From positions 1-64,000 of the forward strand of contig JBLIRO010000022.1 in assembly GCA_049472335.1 (NCBI GenBank): DNA of 64,000 bases, in the 5' to 3' direction. Shown piece by piece: positions 50,669-60,907 of this stretch. The notes under the pieces were generated by a model, which was given only the letters and a program-made list of their open reading frames with translations, had not been told where the DNA came from and did not search any database. This stretch comes from a bacterium. Lineage in GTDB: Bacteria > SZUA-182 > DTGQ01 > JAFGSM01. The first letter of the stretch is position 1. Every line of letters begins with the position of its first letter. The translations under genes were made by a program, and so were the position numbers.

Positions 50669-52258
50669 ATGACACAAGATATTCCTGAAAGACTAATTGC
50701 CCAGTTCAGTGAGCTAATAACCTCACATCTCGGATTGTTTTATCCAAAAAACCGGTGGCGGGATCTTTTGCGGAATATGGATACTGTATCTAAGGAATTG
50801 GGTTTTGAAAAAGTGGAATCATGTATCCGGTCCCTTTTATCTTCACCCCTCACCGATAAAAAGATTGATGTATTGATAAGGCATCTGACGATTGGTGAGA
50901 CCTTCTTTTTCAGGGATAGCTGTGTATTTCAGGCCGTGAAAGAAACAATCCTTCCCGAGTTGATTTGCTCGAGGGATAAAAGGGGGAGAAGTATCAATAT
51001 ATGGAGTGCGGGTTGCTGCACCGGTGAGGAACCCTATTCCATTGCAATGCTTATTGATCAAATGATCCCTTCGTGGGAGGAATGGAAGATTTCGGTGTTG
51101 GCTACGGATTTAAATGCCGAGTTTCTGAGAAAGGCCGGGCGCGGTGTATATACCAATTGGTCTTTTCGAAATGCGCCTCTATGGATAAAAACAAGATATT
51201 TTAAAAATTCAGGTGATAACTTATTTGAGTTATCCCCAAGGATTAGAAAAATGGTGACATTCTCTCAGCTTAATTTGGCAAGCAAAAACTATTCATCCGT
51301 TCTTTATAAAGCGGAAGAAGTAGATGTGATTTTTTGCCGCAATGTGCTTATGTATTTTTCTTCGGAGCTTAGAGAACAGATTATCAATAATTTTATGAAG
51401 ATTCTGGTAAACGGCAGTTGGTTGATCCTGAGCCCCAGTGAAGTTCCATTTATTAATCACCCCGGTTTGACTCCCGTCCAGTTCCCGGGCGCCATTTTCT
51501 TTAGGAAAGAGACTGAACATCAAAAAAAACCGGCTCCGGTTTTTAATGCTTCTGATCATGAGAATGCTCGAGACCGTTCATTTTCGATTACTCCGTTCGC
51601 AATAGCAGCCAAAAAAGCTCCTTCCGATCACTCCGTAATGACCGAGCTTAAAGAAACTCTGACTTCTGAGGTTTCCGAGTTTATAGAAAACGAAAAGTTA
51701 AAAAGAAAGGCCCCAAACATTGAAAACACCACACAGCAAAATTTGTTGCACGAGGCCCTGACCCTTTATTCGGAAGGTTTATATGATGAAGCTGCAAAAA
51801 AACTGAATACGATTTTATCCCTGGGGCAATCAGTAGGAGATGTTTTATCTCTGAATCCGGGATCTATGGCCCTTATGGCGAGGGCATATGCCAATCAGGG
51901 CAAACTTAACGAGGCAAAAGAATGGTGCATACAGGCCATCAAAGCCGAAAAGCTTCTTCCTGGTCATTACTATCTTCATGCAACCATTTGCCAGGAACAA
52001 GGTCTTTTGGAAGAGTCCATAAATTCTCTTAAAAAGGCCCTTTATCTGGACCAGGATTTTATCCTTGCCCATTTTGCACTTGGAAATCTTACACAGAAGC
52101 AAGGCAGACTAGATGAATCAAGAAAACACTTTAAAAACGCTCTTTCTTTACTTGTTTCAATGAATCCGGAAGAAGTATTGCCTTACTCGGAAGGGATACA
52201 AGCCGGAAGCCTTTTAGAGGTTATAAAATCCATGATTAGAGAGGAGAAAGCTATATGA
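50669..52258 (+). CDS. cheR: CheR methyltransferase with C-terminal TPR (WspC-like)
   Basis: ETFFFRD, WSAGCCTGEEPYSIA and IFCRNVLMYF motifs, TPR tail. Confidence 0.92.
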   Translation: MTQDIPERLIAQFSELITSHLGLFYPKNRWRDLLRNMDTVSKELGFEKVESCIRSLLSSPLTDKKIDVLIRHLTIGETFFFRDSCVFQAVKETILPELICSRDKRGRSINIWSAGCCTGEEPYSIAMLIDQMIPSWEEWKISVLATDLNAEFLRKAGRGVYTNWSFRNAPLWIKTRYFKNSGDNLFELSPRIRKMVTFSQLNLASKNYSSVLYKAEEVDVIFCRNVLMYFSSELREQIINNFMKILVNGSWLILSPSEVPFINHPGLTPVQFPGAIFFRKETEHQKKPAPVFNASDHENARDRSFSITPFAIAAKKAPSDHSVMTELKETLTSEVSEFIENEKLKRKAPNIENTTQQNLLHEALTLYSEGLYDEAAKKLNTILSLGQSVGDVLSLNPGSMALMARAYANQGKLNEAKEWCIQAIKAEKLLPGHYYLHATICQEQGLLEESINSLKKALYLDQDFILAHFALGNLTQKQGRLDESRKHFKNALSLLVSMNPEEVLPYSEGIQAGSLLEVIKSMIREEKAI

Positions 52259-52842
52259 GGGAAGAGCTGCGCGAACGATTGGAAAAGATCCATGCTCAGA
52301 TAAAAAAAGGATTTGAGTTAAGTCCGGAAGAAAAAAGAAAAATACTTAGATCCAGGGCCCTGGAATTGGCAAGAGAGACAGAAGAGAAAGAAAAAGACGA
52401 GACACATCTTGAAGTTGTGGAATTTTTATTAGCCAATGAAAGATATGCGCTTGAATTGGATTTCATAAGAGAGATATATCCTTTAAAAGAATTCACATCC
52501 CTTCCATGCACTCCCGATTTTGTCCTGGGTATCATCAATATAAGAGGGCAGATACTTTCAATCATTGATTTAAAGAAATTTTTCGGGCTCCCGGAAAAAG
52601 GGTTTACGGACCTGGATCGGATACTGATATTACGTTCCAAAGAAAAGGAGTTTGGCATTCTTGCCGATGAAATACTCGGTGTACGATCGATTCCTATTTC
52701 TAACATTCAGCCCTCATTGCCAACGCTTTCAGGCATCAAAGATAAATATCTTAAGGGGGTTACAGGAGATAGAATCGTTATTTTAAATGGAGAAAGGATC
52801 CTTGCTGATCCTGATATTGTGGTTCATGAAGAAATGGAATGA
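52255..52842 (+). CDS. cheW: CheW-like protein (WspD-like)
   Basis: LPCTPDFVLGIINIRGQI motif; N-terminal RA..LA helix. Confidence 0.88.
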   Translation: MREELRERLEKIHAQIKKGFELSPEEKRKILRSRALELARETEEKEKDETHLEVVEFLLANERYALELDFIREIYPLKEFTSLPCTPDFVLGIINIRGQILSIIDLKKFFGLPEKGFTDLDRILILRSKEKEFGILADEILGVRSIPISNIQPSLPTLSGIKDKYLKGVTGDRIVILNGERILADPDIVVHEEME

Positions 52843-52876
52843 TTTTTTAGGGTATTTTTTATCAAGGAGGAGGAAA

Positions 52877-54739
52877 ATGACACAAGTCTTTGCTGATAAC
52901 TTAATGAAACGGTTGATCACGCTTTTTCTTTTAGGTGCATTGATACCGATCATAATCATCTCGATTGTAACCTTCGGATTCCCAAGGAAGGCTTTGAAGA
53001 AGCAGGCTTTCACCCAGCTTTCTTCGAAAAGAGAGGCCAAAAAACAAGAAATCCTCCGTTTCCTTAATGCCCGATTGTCAGATGCAAGGTTTCTGGCAGG
53101 GGCCTTAGAAACAAAAAAGGCCATTGAAAGATTCAATGATAACTACAAGGACAATTCACCGGATTTTGAAACAAAGGAATACAAAGCCTTCTACGAGATG
53201 GTTGATCCCTTTTTCAAAAAGTATATAGAAATTTATGGTTACAATGATGTTTATTTGATTTCCGGCTCCAATAGTCATGTGATATATTCGTCAGGCAAAA
53301 GACTGGATCTGGGAACCAATTTAAAAACAGGCCCCTATAAAGATTCCGGCTTAGCGGTCCTTCTCGCAAATGTCCTGAAAAAGAAAAATACAGATATGGC
53401 GGATTTTACCCTTTATGAGCCGGCAGGTAAGCCTTCAGCCTTTATCGGTGCGCCTGTGTTTGATAAAGAAGAGAAAATAGCTGCCATTGTGGCTTTTCAA
53501 CTTGGGACAGATGGAATCAACAGCATTATGAAAGAAAACGCTGGGATCGGAGATACAGGAGAAATCTATCTTGTGGGCTCGGATTTTCTTATGCGATCCG
53601 ATTCTCGTTTTGAAAGAGAATCCACTGTCCTAAAAAATAAGATTGACACTGCCGCAAGCCATGATCTGTCAGTTCATGGCAAAGGTGAAAAGGTCATTAA
53701 GAACTATAAAGGAAATAAGACCCTTAGCAGTTATTCGTATGTTGGACTGAAAGAAAAACTGGGGCTTGATTTCAACTGGGGTATCATTTCAGAAGTAAGT
53801 GTGGCTGAGGCCCTTGCCCCTGTTAAAGGTCTTGGATTGATTATACTATGGTTGAGCGTTTTCCTGGTGGGTCTTTCATGCTTAGGCGGGTATTACGCGG
53901 CAAAATCGGTCGCCATGCCTTTAAAGGAAGTCACGGATATGCTTGCCGCTTCCATAGGTCAGATCTCTTCAACGGTTTCCCGGCTTGTAGGCACTTCAGA
54001 AGAAACAAACAGCTCTGTGAGCGAGATTACAACTACGGTGGAAGAGGTGAAACAGACAGCTCATATCTCTCATGAAAAGGCAGAACAGGTCGCGGAAAAA
54101 TCCAGTGAAGTGGCTAAAATATCCGAGGGCGGCAAGAAAGCCACACAGGACGTCTCTGCCGGGATGAAGCGTATTAAAGAAGAGATGGAATCTATTGCCG
54201 AAAGCATTGTGGATCTTAGTGAGAAAACACAGAGTATCGAGGAGATTATCAATACCGTTAATGATCTGTCGGATCAGTCTAATCTTCTTTCTGTCAATGC
54301 CTCAATCGAGGCTGCGAGGGCGGGTCAGTTTGGTAAAAGTTTTGCCATTGTCGCCCAGGAGGTTAAATCGCTTGCAGATCAATCTACAAAAGCAACAGAT
54401 CAGGTAAGAAATATATTGAATGAAATTCAAAAAGCCACTAGTGAAGCAGTTATGTCTACAGATCTAGGGAGTAAGGCCGTAGAAGAGGGGTCGAGCCTGT
54501 CTGCACTGGCTGGCGATGCTATACAGAAACTGGCGGATAGTATCGTAGAATCTTCACAGTCCGCAATGCAGATTGCCGCCTCAAGTAAACAGCAGCTTGT
54601 TGGTACGGATCAGTTGGCTTCGGCTATGGAAATTATAAAAGAAGGCTTTGTCCAAGACATGGCCAGTACAAAAGAACTTGAGACCGCCACTCATGACTTG
54701 GAAGGTCTGGTATTTAAATTAAGAAAGATTGCCGGATAA
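52877..54739 (+). CDS. Methyl-accepting chemotaxis protein (dCache-like sensor)
   Basis: SD AGGAGG before ATG 52877; two TMs; QSNLLSVNASIEAARAG motif. Confidence 0.92.
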   Translation: MTQVFADNLMKRLITLFLLGALIPIIIISIVTFGFPRKALKKQAFTQLSSKREAKKQEILRFLNARLSDARFLAGALETKKAIERFNDNYKDNSPDFETKEYKAFYEMVDPFFKKYIEIYGYNDVYLISGSNSHVIYSSGKRLDLGTNLKTGPYKDSGLAVLLANVLKKKNTDMADFTLYEPAGKPSAFIGAPVFDKEEKIAAIVAFQLGTDGINSIMKENAGIGDTGEIYLVGSDFLMRSDSRFERESTVLKNKIDTAASHDLSVHGKGEKVIKNYKGNKTLSSYSYVGLKEKLGLDFNWGIISEVSVAEALAPVKGLGLIILWLSVFLVGLSCLGGYYAAKSVAMPLKEVTDMLAASIGQISSTVSRLVGTSEETNSSVSEITTTVEEVKQTAHISHEKAEQVAEKSSEVAKISEGGKKATQDVSAGMKRIKEEMESIAESIVDLSEKTQSIEEIINTVNDLSDQSNLLSVNASIEAARAGQFGKSFAIVAQEVKSLADQSTKATDQVRNILNEIQKATSEAVMSTDLGSKAVEEGSSLSALAGDAIQKLADSIVESSQSAMQIAASSKQQLVGTDQLASAMEIIKEGFVQDMASTKELETATHDLEGLVFKLRKIAG

Positions 54740-54774
54740 TCATCAGAAACAAATTATAAAGTGTGAGGTGTGCA

Positions 54775-55143
54775 ATGATAGATAATGAATTTCTCAAAAA
54801 GCTTAGGGATGCCTTCAAAACTGAAGCAGAAGAGAGGCTTAAAAATATTTCGTCCAGTCTGGCGGAGCTTGAGGAAACCTCTTTGTCCGTTGATAAGCAA
54901 ATGCCGCTTGTGGAAATAATTTTCAGGGAAGCTCACAGCTTAAAAGGCGCCTCCAGGGTTGTTAACCTTGCAGATATAGAAAACATTTGTCAGTCTGTGG
55001 AAGAGACCTTTAATTCATTGAAAGGGGGAGAGATACAACTTTCTCCGGAGGTGTTTGAGAAGGTTCATTATATGGTTGATATCATCGAACATGCCTTAGA
55101 AAATTTCGAAAAGGATCAGGTCACGGTTCGAGGTGTGGCATGA
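54775..55143 (+). CDS. Stand-alone Hpt domain protein, duplicate of the CheA P1 domain
   Basis: SD GAGGTG; IFREAHSLKGASR with intact phospho-His. Confidence 0.8.
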   Translation: MIDNEFLKKLRDAFKTEAEERLKNISSSLAELEETSLSVDKQMPLVEIIFREAHSLKGASRVVNLADIENICQSVEETFNSLKGGEIQLSPEVFEKVHYMVDIIEHALENFEKDQVTVRGVA

Positions 55144-57641
55144 AAGAAGAGCAACTGCTACAAAAACTTAGGGAAGCCTTTAAGGCAGAAGCAGAGGAAC
55201 GCCTTAAGACTATTTCTTCAAGCTTGGTGCAGCTTGAAGAAGTCTCTTCTTCACCAGATAAACAAAAACCCGTTCTGGAGGTTATCTTTCGAGAGGCTCA
55301 TAGTCTGAAAGGAGCCTCCCGGGCAGTCAATCTTGTGAACATTGAGATCCTCTGTCAATCCATGGAAAGTGTTTTTTCTGCGTTGAAAAAAGGCGAGATT
55401 CCTCTGACCCCTGAACTTTTTGATAAACTTCATTATACAGTCGAGAGTATCGAGGGCATTTTAATGGATCCTGACAAGGATCAAAGCCCCGAACTTCAGG
55501 AAGAGATCCCAAAAATTATAAGCCTGTTGGAAAGCCTCATCAAGGGCAACGGAGAGGATTCGAATCAATATAAAGGAGAAAAAGCTAAAAAGGATAATGA
55601 TAAAATAGCTTCACAAAGCCCGGGAGAAATGCATACACAAGATCATGTAGATAGAAAAACAGGAAGTCCCTCCGATATCATGCCGGATGTTAAGGGGAAG
55701 GATATAGTAGTATCCTTTGTTGAGGAATCAGCAGAGAATGGGGAGAGACAGGATCATGGGGATTCATCAGAGGATGATGCCGATGTGGCCCCTTCCAAAA
55801 ATAAATCAATGAATGAAGGTAAACCGCTCAGGGGGATTCAGGCTGCCCAGAATAGACCCTTGATCTCAGGAACCGTCAGAATCTCTACTGAAAAGCTGGA
55901 CACACTAATGAGGAAGGCGGAGGAGCTTATCCTTCTGAAGCTGGCAGAGAGTCAACATATGATGAATCTTCAGGACACTATGCAATCCTTTGAGCTTTGG
56001 AAAAAGAAATGGGTGAAGATCGAATCCGAGTTTCGACTCTTAAGCAGGTCTACTCAAAAAGAGGACATAAAAAACCAAAATCATACTGCAATGATAGAGT
56101 TTTCCAGCCTCCTCGATTGGAATCAGGAACATATACAATCCCTGGAGCGAAAGATAAGAACATTGGTGCAGACATCGGAACATAACCATCATTCTCTGGG
56201 CAGAATGGTTGATGATCTGTTGGATGATATGAAGATGGTTACAATGCTGCCCTTTTCAACACTTTTTGAAATCCTTCCGAGAATGGTCCGGGATATCGCC
56301 CGTAATCAAGGCAAAGAGGTAGATCTGAAACTTCAAGGGGGGGACATTGAGATAGACAGGCGTATCCTTGAAGAGATGAAAGATCCTATCATTCATCTTT
56401 TGCGAAACTCTATTGATCACGGCATTGAAGAGCCTGAACAGAGAGAGGCGTTAAAGAAACCGAGACACGGTATTATCAATTTTAGCATTACACAGACCGA
56501 GGGAAATAAGGTTGAAATATTATTTTCCGATGATGGAAGAGGTATCGACTTTGAGAGAGTCAAGAAAGAGGCTGCCGCACGGGGTATAATATCCAAAAAA
56601 GAAGAAAAAACTCTTAAGGACCATGAGGCATTACCACTTATCTTCCGGTCAGGGGTCACAACGAGCCCGATGATCACGCAGATTTCTGGAAGAGGGCTTG
56701 GATTGGCAATCGTGCAGGAAAAGGTGGAACAGCTTGGCGGTTCTTTATCATTAGAGAGCAATCCCGGCATGGGCACAACTTTCAGGATTCTCCTTCCGGT
56801 AACAATGGCAACGTTTAAGGGAATCCTTGTCCAGGCGGCCAATAATTTATTCGTTGTTCCCACTTCTCATGTGGAACGGGTGGTAAGGATACAAAAGGCG
56901 GAAGTCAAATCCGTTGAAAACAATGCCACTATTCCACTCAACGGGAAAACGGTTTCATTGGTGGATCTTGGTGACGTTTTGGATCTGCCGCAGAAGGAGA
57001 ATAATGAGGAAGAAAGTAAATATATTACGGTGCTGATTTTAGGTGTGGAGGAAAAACAGATTGCCTTCAAGATAGATGAGGTTTTGACGGAGCAGGAAGT
57101 TCTTGTGAAAAGCATGGGCAAACAGCTCAGCCGGGTACGCAATATTGCTGGCGCCACCGTATTGGGATCCGGTGAGGTCGTCCCCATATTAAATGCTCAG
57201 GATCTATTGAAATCTGCCTTAAAGGTCAACTTTATCTCTGACGGTATAAATGTGATCGAAAAAGAGGCTGAAACACAGAAAAAATCCATTTTGGTTGTCG
57301 AAGATTCTATCACATCCAGAATGCTCATTAAAAATATCCTGGAGTCCTACGGATACTATGTGAAGACTGCATCAGACGGTTTGGATGGATTTAACACACT
57401 AAAGGCTGAAGATTTTGATCTCGTTGTATCCGACGTGGAGATGCCTAATATGAGCGGCTTTGATCTGACGGCAAGGATTCGGGCTGAAAAGGGTATTTCG
57501 CATATCCCTGTCGTATTGTGCACCAGCCTCGAATCAAAGGAAGACAGGGAGCGCGGTGTAGATGTGGGTGCTAATGCCTATATTGTTAAGAGTAGTTTCG
57601 ATCAGAGCAATCTCCTGGAAGTGATTAAAAGGCTCAGTTAA
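55140..57641 (+). CDS. cheA: Hybrid CheA (Hpt, dimerisation, HATPase, CheW, REC; WspE-like)
   Basis: AHSLKG, HLLRNSIDHGIE, DDGRG and SGRGLGL motifs, C-terminal REC (VSDVEMP). Confidence 0.94.
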   Translation: MKEEQLLQKLREAFKAEAEERLKTISSSLVQLEEVSSSPDKQKPVLEVIFREAHSLKGASRAVNLVNIEILCQSMESVFSALKKGEIPLTPELFDKLHYTVESIEGILMDPDKDQSPELQEEIPKIISLLESLIKGNGEDSNQYKGEKAKKDNDKIASQSPGEMHTQDHVDRKTGSPSDIMPDVKGKDIVVSFVEESAENGERQDHGDSSEDDADVAPSKNKSMNEGKPLRGIQAAQNRPLISGTVRISTEKLDTLMRKAEELILLKLAESQHMMNLQDTMQSFELWKKKWVKIESEFRLLSRSTQKEDIKNQNHTAMIEFSSLLDWNQEHIQSLERKIRTLVQTSEHNHHSLGRMVDDLLDDMKMVTMLPFSTLFEILPRMVRDIARNQGKEVDLKLQGGDIEIDRRILEEMKDPIIHLLRNSIDHGIEEPEQREALKKPRHGIINFSITQTEGNKVEILFSDDGRGIDFERVKKEAAARGIISKKEEKTLKDHEALPLIFRSGVTTSPMITQISGRGLGLAIVQEKVEQLGGSLSLESNPGMGTTFRILLPVTMATFKGILVQAANNLFVVPTSHVERVVRIQKAEVKSVENNATIPLNGKTVSLVDLGDVLDLPQKENNEEESKYITVLILGVEEKQIAFKIDEVLTEQEVLVKSMGKQLSRVRNIAGATVLGSGEVVPILNAQDLLKSALKVNFISDGINVIEKEAETQKKSILVVEDSITSRMLIKNILESYGYYVKTASDGLDGFNTLKAEDFDLVVSDVEMPNMSGFDLTARIRAEKGISHIPVVLCTSLESKEDRERGVDVGANAYIVKSSFDQSNLLEVIKRLS

Positions 57642-57658
57642 ATAATAAGAGGGAGTCG

Positions 57659-58735
57659 ATGAAAAAGGTTCTTATTGTGGATGATTCATTTACGGCTCGT
57701 GAATATCTGAAATACATCCTTCATTCAACCGGAGATTTTCAGGTTGTGGGCATGGCTGAAGATGGTGAGGATGCTATTCAAAAGGTGCAATTGACTCATC
57801 CGGATGTTGTAATCATGGATTTCTATATGCCTAAAATGAATGGCCATGAGGCCACACGAAGGATCATGGAATCCTATCCGGTCCCTATTGTTGCTGTTAG
57901 CGCAACATGGTTTCCCGAGCTTGTTCGAGAGGCGTTTTTGGCCATGGAAGCCGGTGCAGTGGCTGCGATCGGAAAACCGAGAGGAACAAGCAGCAATCAG
58001 TCTGATGGCACGGTTGATAAATTTCTCCAGACAGTAAAGTTGATGTCTGAAATAAAGGTAGTGCGGCGGCTTCCAAAATACCATAGGGGAGAGGAAAATT
58101 CAACGAAAACGAATAAAGTGGATTTCCCTGCGTCCGGGGGAATAGTAAAGTCTAGATCCCTAAATTCTGAAATTGATATAGTGGCAATAGGTGCCTCGAC
58201 AGGGGGCCCTCCCGTAATAGAGACTATTCTCTCAAACTTGCCTGAACAATTCATGTCTCCCATCTTGATTGTACAACATATCAGTGACGGTTTTCTCGAC
58301 GGTATGGTGGAATGGCTGAGCAAGAACACACATTTCCCGGTGCTTATCCCTGGCAATGGGGACCAGATCTTGCCCGGACATGCCTACTATGCCCCATGCG
58401 GGGTTCATATGGGGGTAACAAGGAAGGGAAAAATCATCCTCAGCAAAGACCCCCCGGAGAAAAGCCTTAGACCGGCAGTTTCATATCTTTTCCGTTCCGT
58501 TGCGGAATCATTCGGGAAGAAGGCTATAGGGGTGCTACTTACAGGTATGGGTGCGGATGGGGCCCTTGAGCTTAAGATGATGAAAGATAACGGGGCAATT
58601 ACCATTGCCCAGGACAGAACCAGTTCAGTGGTCCACGGGATGCCGGGAGAAGCCATAAAGCTTGGAGGAGTTGATTATGTGCTTGCTCCCCGGGATATTG
58701 CTACGTTGCTTGTGCGTATTGTGAATGGAAATTAG
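57659..58735 (+). CDS. cheB: CheB methylesterase (REC + esterase)
   Basis: GASTGGP, VQHI and LTGMGADG motifs. Confidence 0.95.
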   Translation: MKKVLIVDDSFTAREYLKYILHSTGDFQVVGMAEDGEDAIQKVQLTHPDVVIMDFYMPKMNGHEATRRIMESYPVPIVAVSATWFPELVREAFLAMEAGAVAAIGKPRGTSSNQSDGTVDKFLQTVKLMSEIKVVRRLPKYHRGEENSTKTNKVDFPASGGIVKSRSLNSEIDIVAIGASTGGPPVIETILSNLPEQFMSPILIVQHISDGFLDGMVEWLSKNTHFPVLIPGNGDQILPGHAYYAPCGVHMGVTRKGKIILSKDPPEKSLRPAVSYLFRSVAESFGKKAIGVLLTGMGADGALELKMMKDNGAITIAQDRTSSVVHGMPGEAIKLGGVDYVLAPRDIATLLVRIVNGN

Positions 58736-58823
58736 AAATATGAGCGGATATAGGTGCTTAAAATAGTTATAAAAAGGGCTTGTAAGGGGCTTTTGAAATT
58801 AGAGGGAGCAAAAGGAGGTTAAA

Positions 58824-59048
58824 ATGGCTATAGAGAAGATAGATGCACTTGGATTAAAATGTCCCCAGCCGGTTCTTCTGCTTGCAGTAAAGGCCAGAGA
58901 GATGAAAAAAGGAGATATCCTCGAGATTTTGGGAGATTGCAGAAACTTTGAGAAGGATGTAAGGAACTGGGCACAGAGGATGAATAAGGTAATCCTTTCT
59001 GTCAATAGTAACGACACTGATAAATTAAATATTAAGATCCAGTTTTAA
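58824..59048 (+). CDS. TusA/SirA-family sulfur carrier
   Basis: SD AGGAGG; DALGLKCPQP motif. Confidence 0.85.
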   Translation: MAIEKIDALGLKCPQPVLLLAVKAREMKKGDILEILGDCRNFEKDVRNWAQRMNKVILSVNSNDTDKLNIKIQF

Positions 59049-59092
59049 TATTGAATCTTTTTCGGATAAAAGAAAAGATTGAATGGAAAACC

Positions 59093-59866
59093 ATGGAAAC
59101 AGAGAAAGATATAAAGAAAAAACCGATTGAAATCCTGATTGTAGAAGATAGCACTACACAGGCCATAGAGCTACAGAAGCTTCTCGAAGAAAACGCCTAT
59201 AAGGTCTCGGTTGCTCCCAACGGGCTAAAGGCCTTATCTTTATTAAAAAAATATAAACCTACATTGGTGATCAGTGATATTATAATGCCTGATATGAATG
59301 GTTACGAGCTTTGCCGGCAGATTAAAAACGATGATCGGTTAAAGAATATTCCGGTCATTCTTATGACAACCCTGTCCGAACCCGAGGATATCATAAGGGG
59401 ACTGGAGTGCGGTGCGGATAATTTCATTATAAAGCCGATTAATAGAAAGGTTTTTCTCTCGCGCGTTAAATACATCCTTGTTAATAAGAAGATAAGAAAA
59501 GAGGGATTATCCGGTTTGAGCCTGGAGGTCTTCTTCTCCGGAAAAAAGCATTTGATCAATGCTGAGCGTTTACAGATCATAGATCTCTTATTTTCAACAT
59601 ACGAGAACACCGTTCAGAAGAGTGATGAACTGCGGCAGATTAAAAGAGAATTACAAAAGGCCAATGAGACTATTAAAGTGCTTCAAGGCATCATTCCAAC
59701 CTGTGCCAACTGCAGAAAGATTCGTAATGAAAAAGGTCAATGGCAACCCATGGAATCTTACATTAGTCAACATTCAGAGGCAGAATTCTCTCATGGTTTA
59801 TGTCCTGAATGCGTAGCAAAACTCTACCCGGATTTTTATGAAAAAAAGTTAAAAGGCACCCTTTAG
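59093..59866 (+). CDS. Response regulator with a C-terminal CxxC...HGLCPEC domain
   Basis: REC (VEDS, ISDIIMP, IKP), coiled coil, IPTCANCRKIR...FSHGLCPEC. Confidence 0.85.
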   Translation: METEKDIKKKPIEILIVEDSTTQAIELQKLLEENAYKVSVAPNGLKALSLLKKYKPTLVISDIIMPDMNGYELCRQIKNDDRLKNIPVILMTTLSEPEDIIRGLECGADNFIIKPINRKVFLSRVKYILVNKKIRKEGLSGLSLEVFFSGKKHLINAERLQIIDLLFSTYENTVQKSDELRQIKRELQKANETIKVLQGIIPTCANCRKIRNEKGQWQPMESYISQHSEAEFSHGLCPECVAKLYPDFYEKKLKGTL

Positions 59867-59878
59867 AAGGACCTTCTA

Positions 59879-60460
59879 TCATCTCTCCTTACCCCCGTTA
59901 ACCCACCAGTCGTCATCCTTATCCTGAAACCACCAGTCTATGGAATTCGTTTCAAGGATCGATTCAACCAGTTTCTTTCCTATCTCTGTCTTTATTCTTT
60001 TTTTGGCATTTTTGATCCAATCCCTGGCATAAGGACTCCCCAGGTCCATGCATTCCTTTAGCTGCAGGATATGTTCTATCTGGTCAGCATCGTTTGCCAG
60101 TCTGGACTCCTTTGTGTTTGATTCATTGAATTCTTGACATAAAGCCAGAATTTCCCGTCCGAATGACAGACTGCCGGCAAGGTCATGTAAGGCCTTCTTT
60201 TCGTCCACATTTACATATTTTTTGTGAACATAATTATGATCACCCGTCCTGGCCTCTGCCAAGTCATGTAAAAGACACATCTTTATAAGCTTACACTCAT
60301 CCAGTTCCGGATCCAGTTTGGACATCACATAACCGATATAGGTCATTCTCATGATATGTTCAGCTACAGACTCATCCCCCGATCCAAGGAAAAAATAACC
60401 GCTTCGGGGTGTTTTTTTTAACATCCCGGTCTCAAACAGGAAATTGACGATGGCTTTCAT
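59879..60460 (-). CDS. HD-domain phosphohydrolase (YfbR/HDDC2-like)
   Basis: LKKTPRSG, ESVAEH, LLHDLAEARTGD and DADQIE motifs. Confidence 0.85.
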   Translation of the reverse strand: MKAIVNFLFETGMLKKTPRSGYFFLGSGDESVAEHIMRMTYIGYVMSKLDPELDECKLIKMCLLHDLAEARTGDHNYVHKKYVNVDEKKALHDLAGSLSFGREILALCQEFNESNTKESRLANDADQIEHILQLKECMDLGSPYARDWIKNAKKRIKTEIGKKLVESILETNSIDWWFQDKDDDWWVNGGKER

Positions 60461-60675
60461 AACGGCTCCCCTTTGTTTTATTTTTATACAGTAAAATTGA
60501 GAATGTCTTATTATGCATATTTTAACAATTTTATTCCTGTTTTGAAATTGATTTTATAATTTTGTTTTTAGAAGGGGCTTTATTACAAAATATTCAATGA
60601 GTTCAATAAAATCGTCTTTCTTCAATATAAGGATATTATGTAAAATTATATACTTATGCCTGGCATCGATTAAGC

Positions 60676-60704
60676 TTGACAAAAATAGAACACTGTGTTA
60701 TTTT
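60676..60704 (+). promoter_or_regulatory. Sigma70 promoter with an internal palindrome (possible IclR operator)
   Basis: TTGACA-17 bp-TATTTT; AACAC-T-GTGTT palindrome at 60689-60699. Confidence 0.5.
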
Positions 60705-60907
60705 AGACTTTCTAAAATAATTGCAGCTTCTCAATGGCATGTGGTAGCAGGGAAAAACCCCTCAATATTTAAACCACTAATTCACAACGGCGCGAAGAAA
60801 ATAATTTAAAATACATAGGTTTATGTTTTTAGTGTTTTAGCGCTATTGTGAATAAATCCTTAACCTTAGGCACCTGAAACTTTAGGCACTTAATAGAGAT
60901 TGCCATT

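Noticed and set aside
60661..60675. Sigma54-like TGGCATCGATTAAGC upstream of iclR
   Set aside because: Spacing is right but the -12 element is poor (AAGC), and it abuts a good sigma70 promoter; not counted in the regulon
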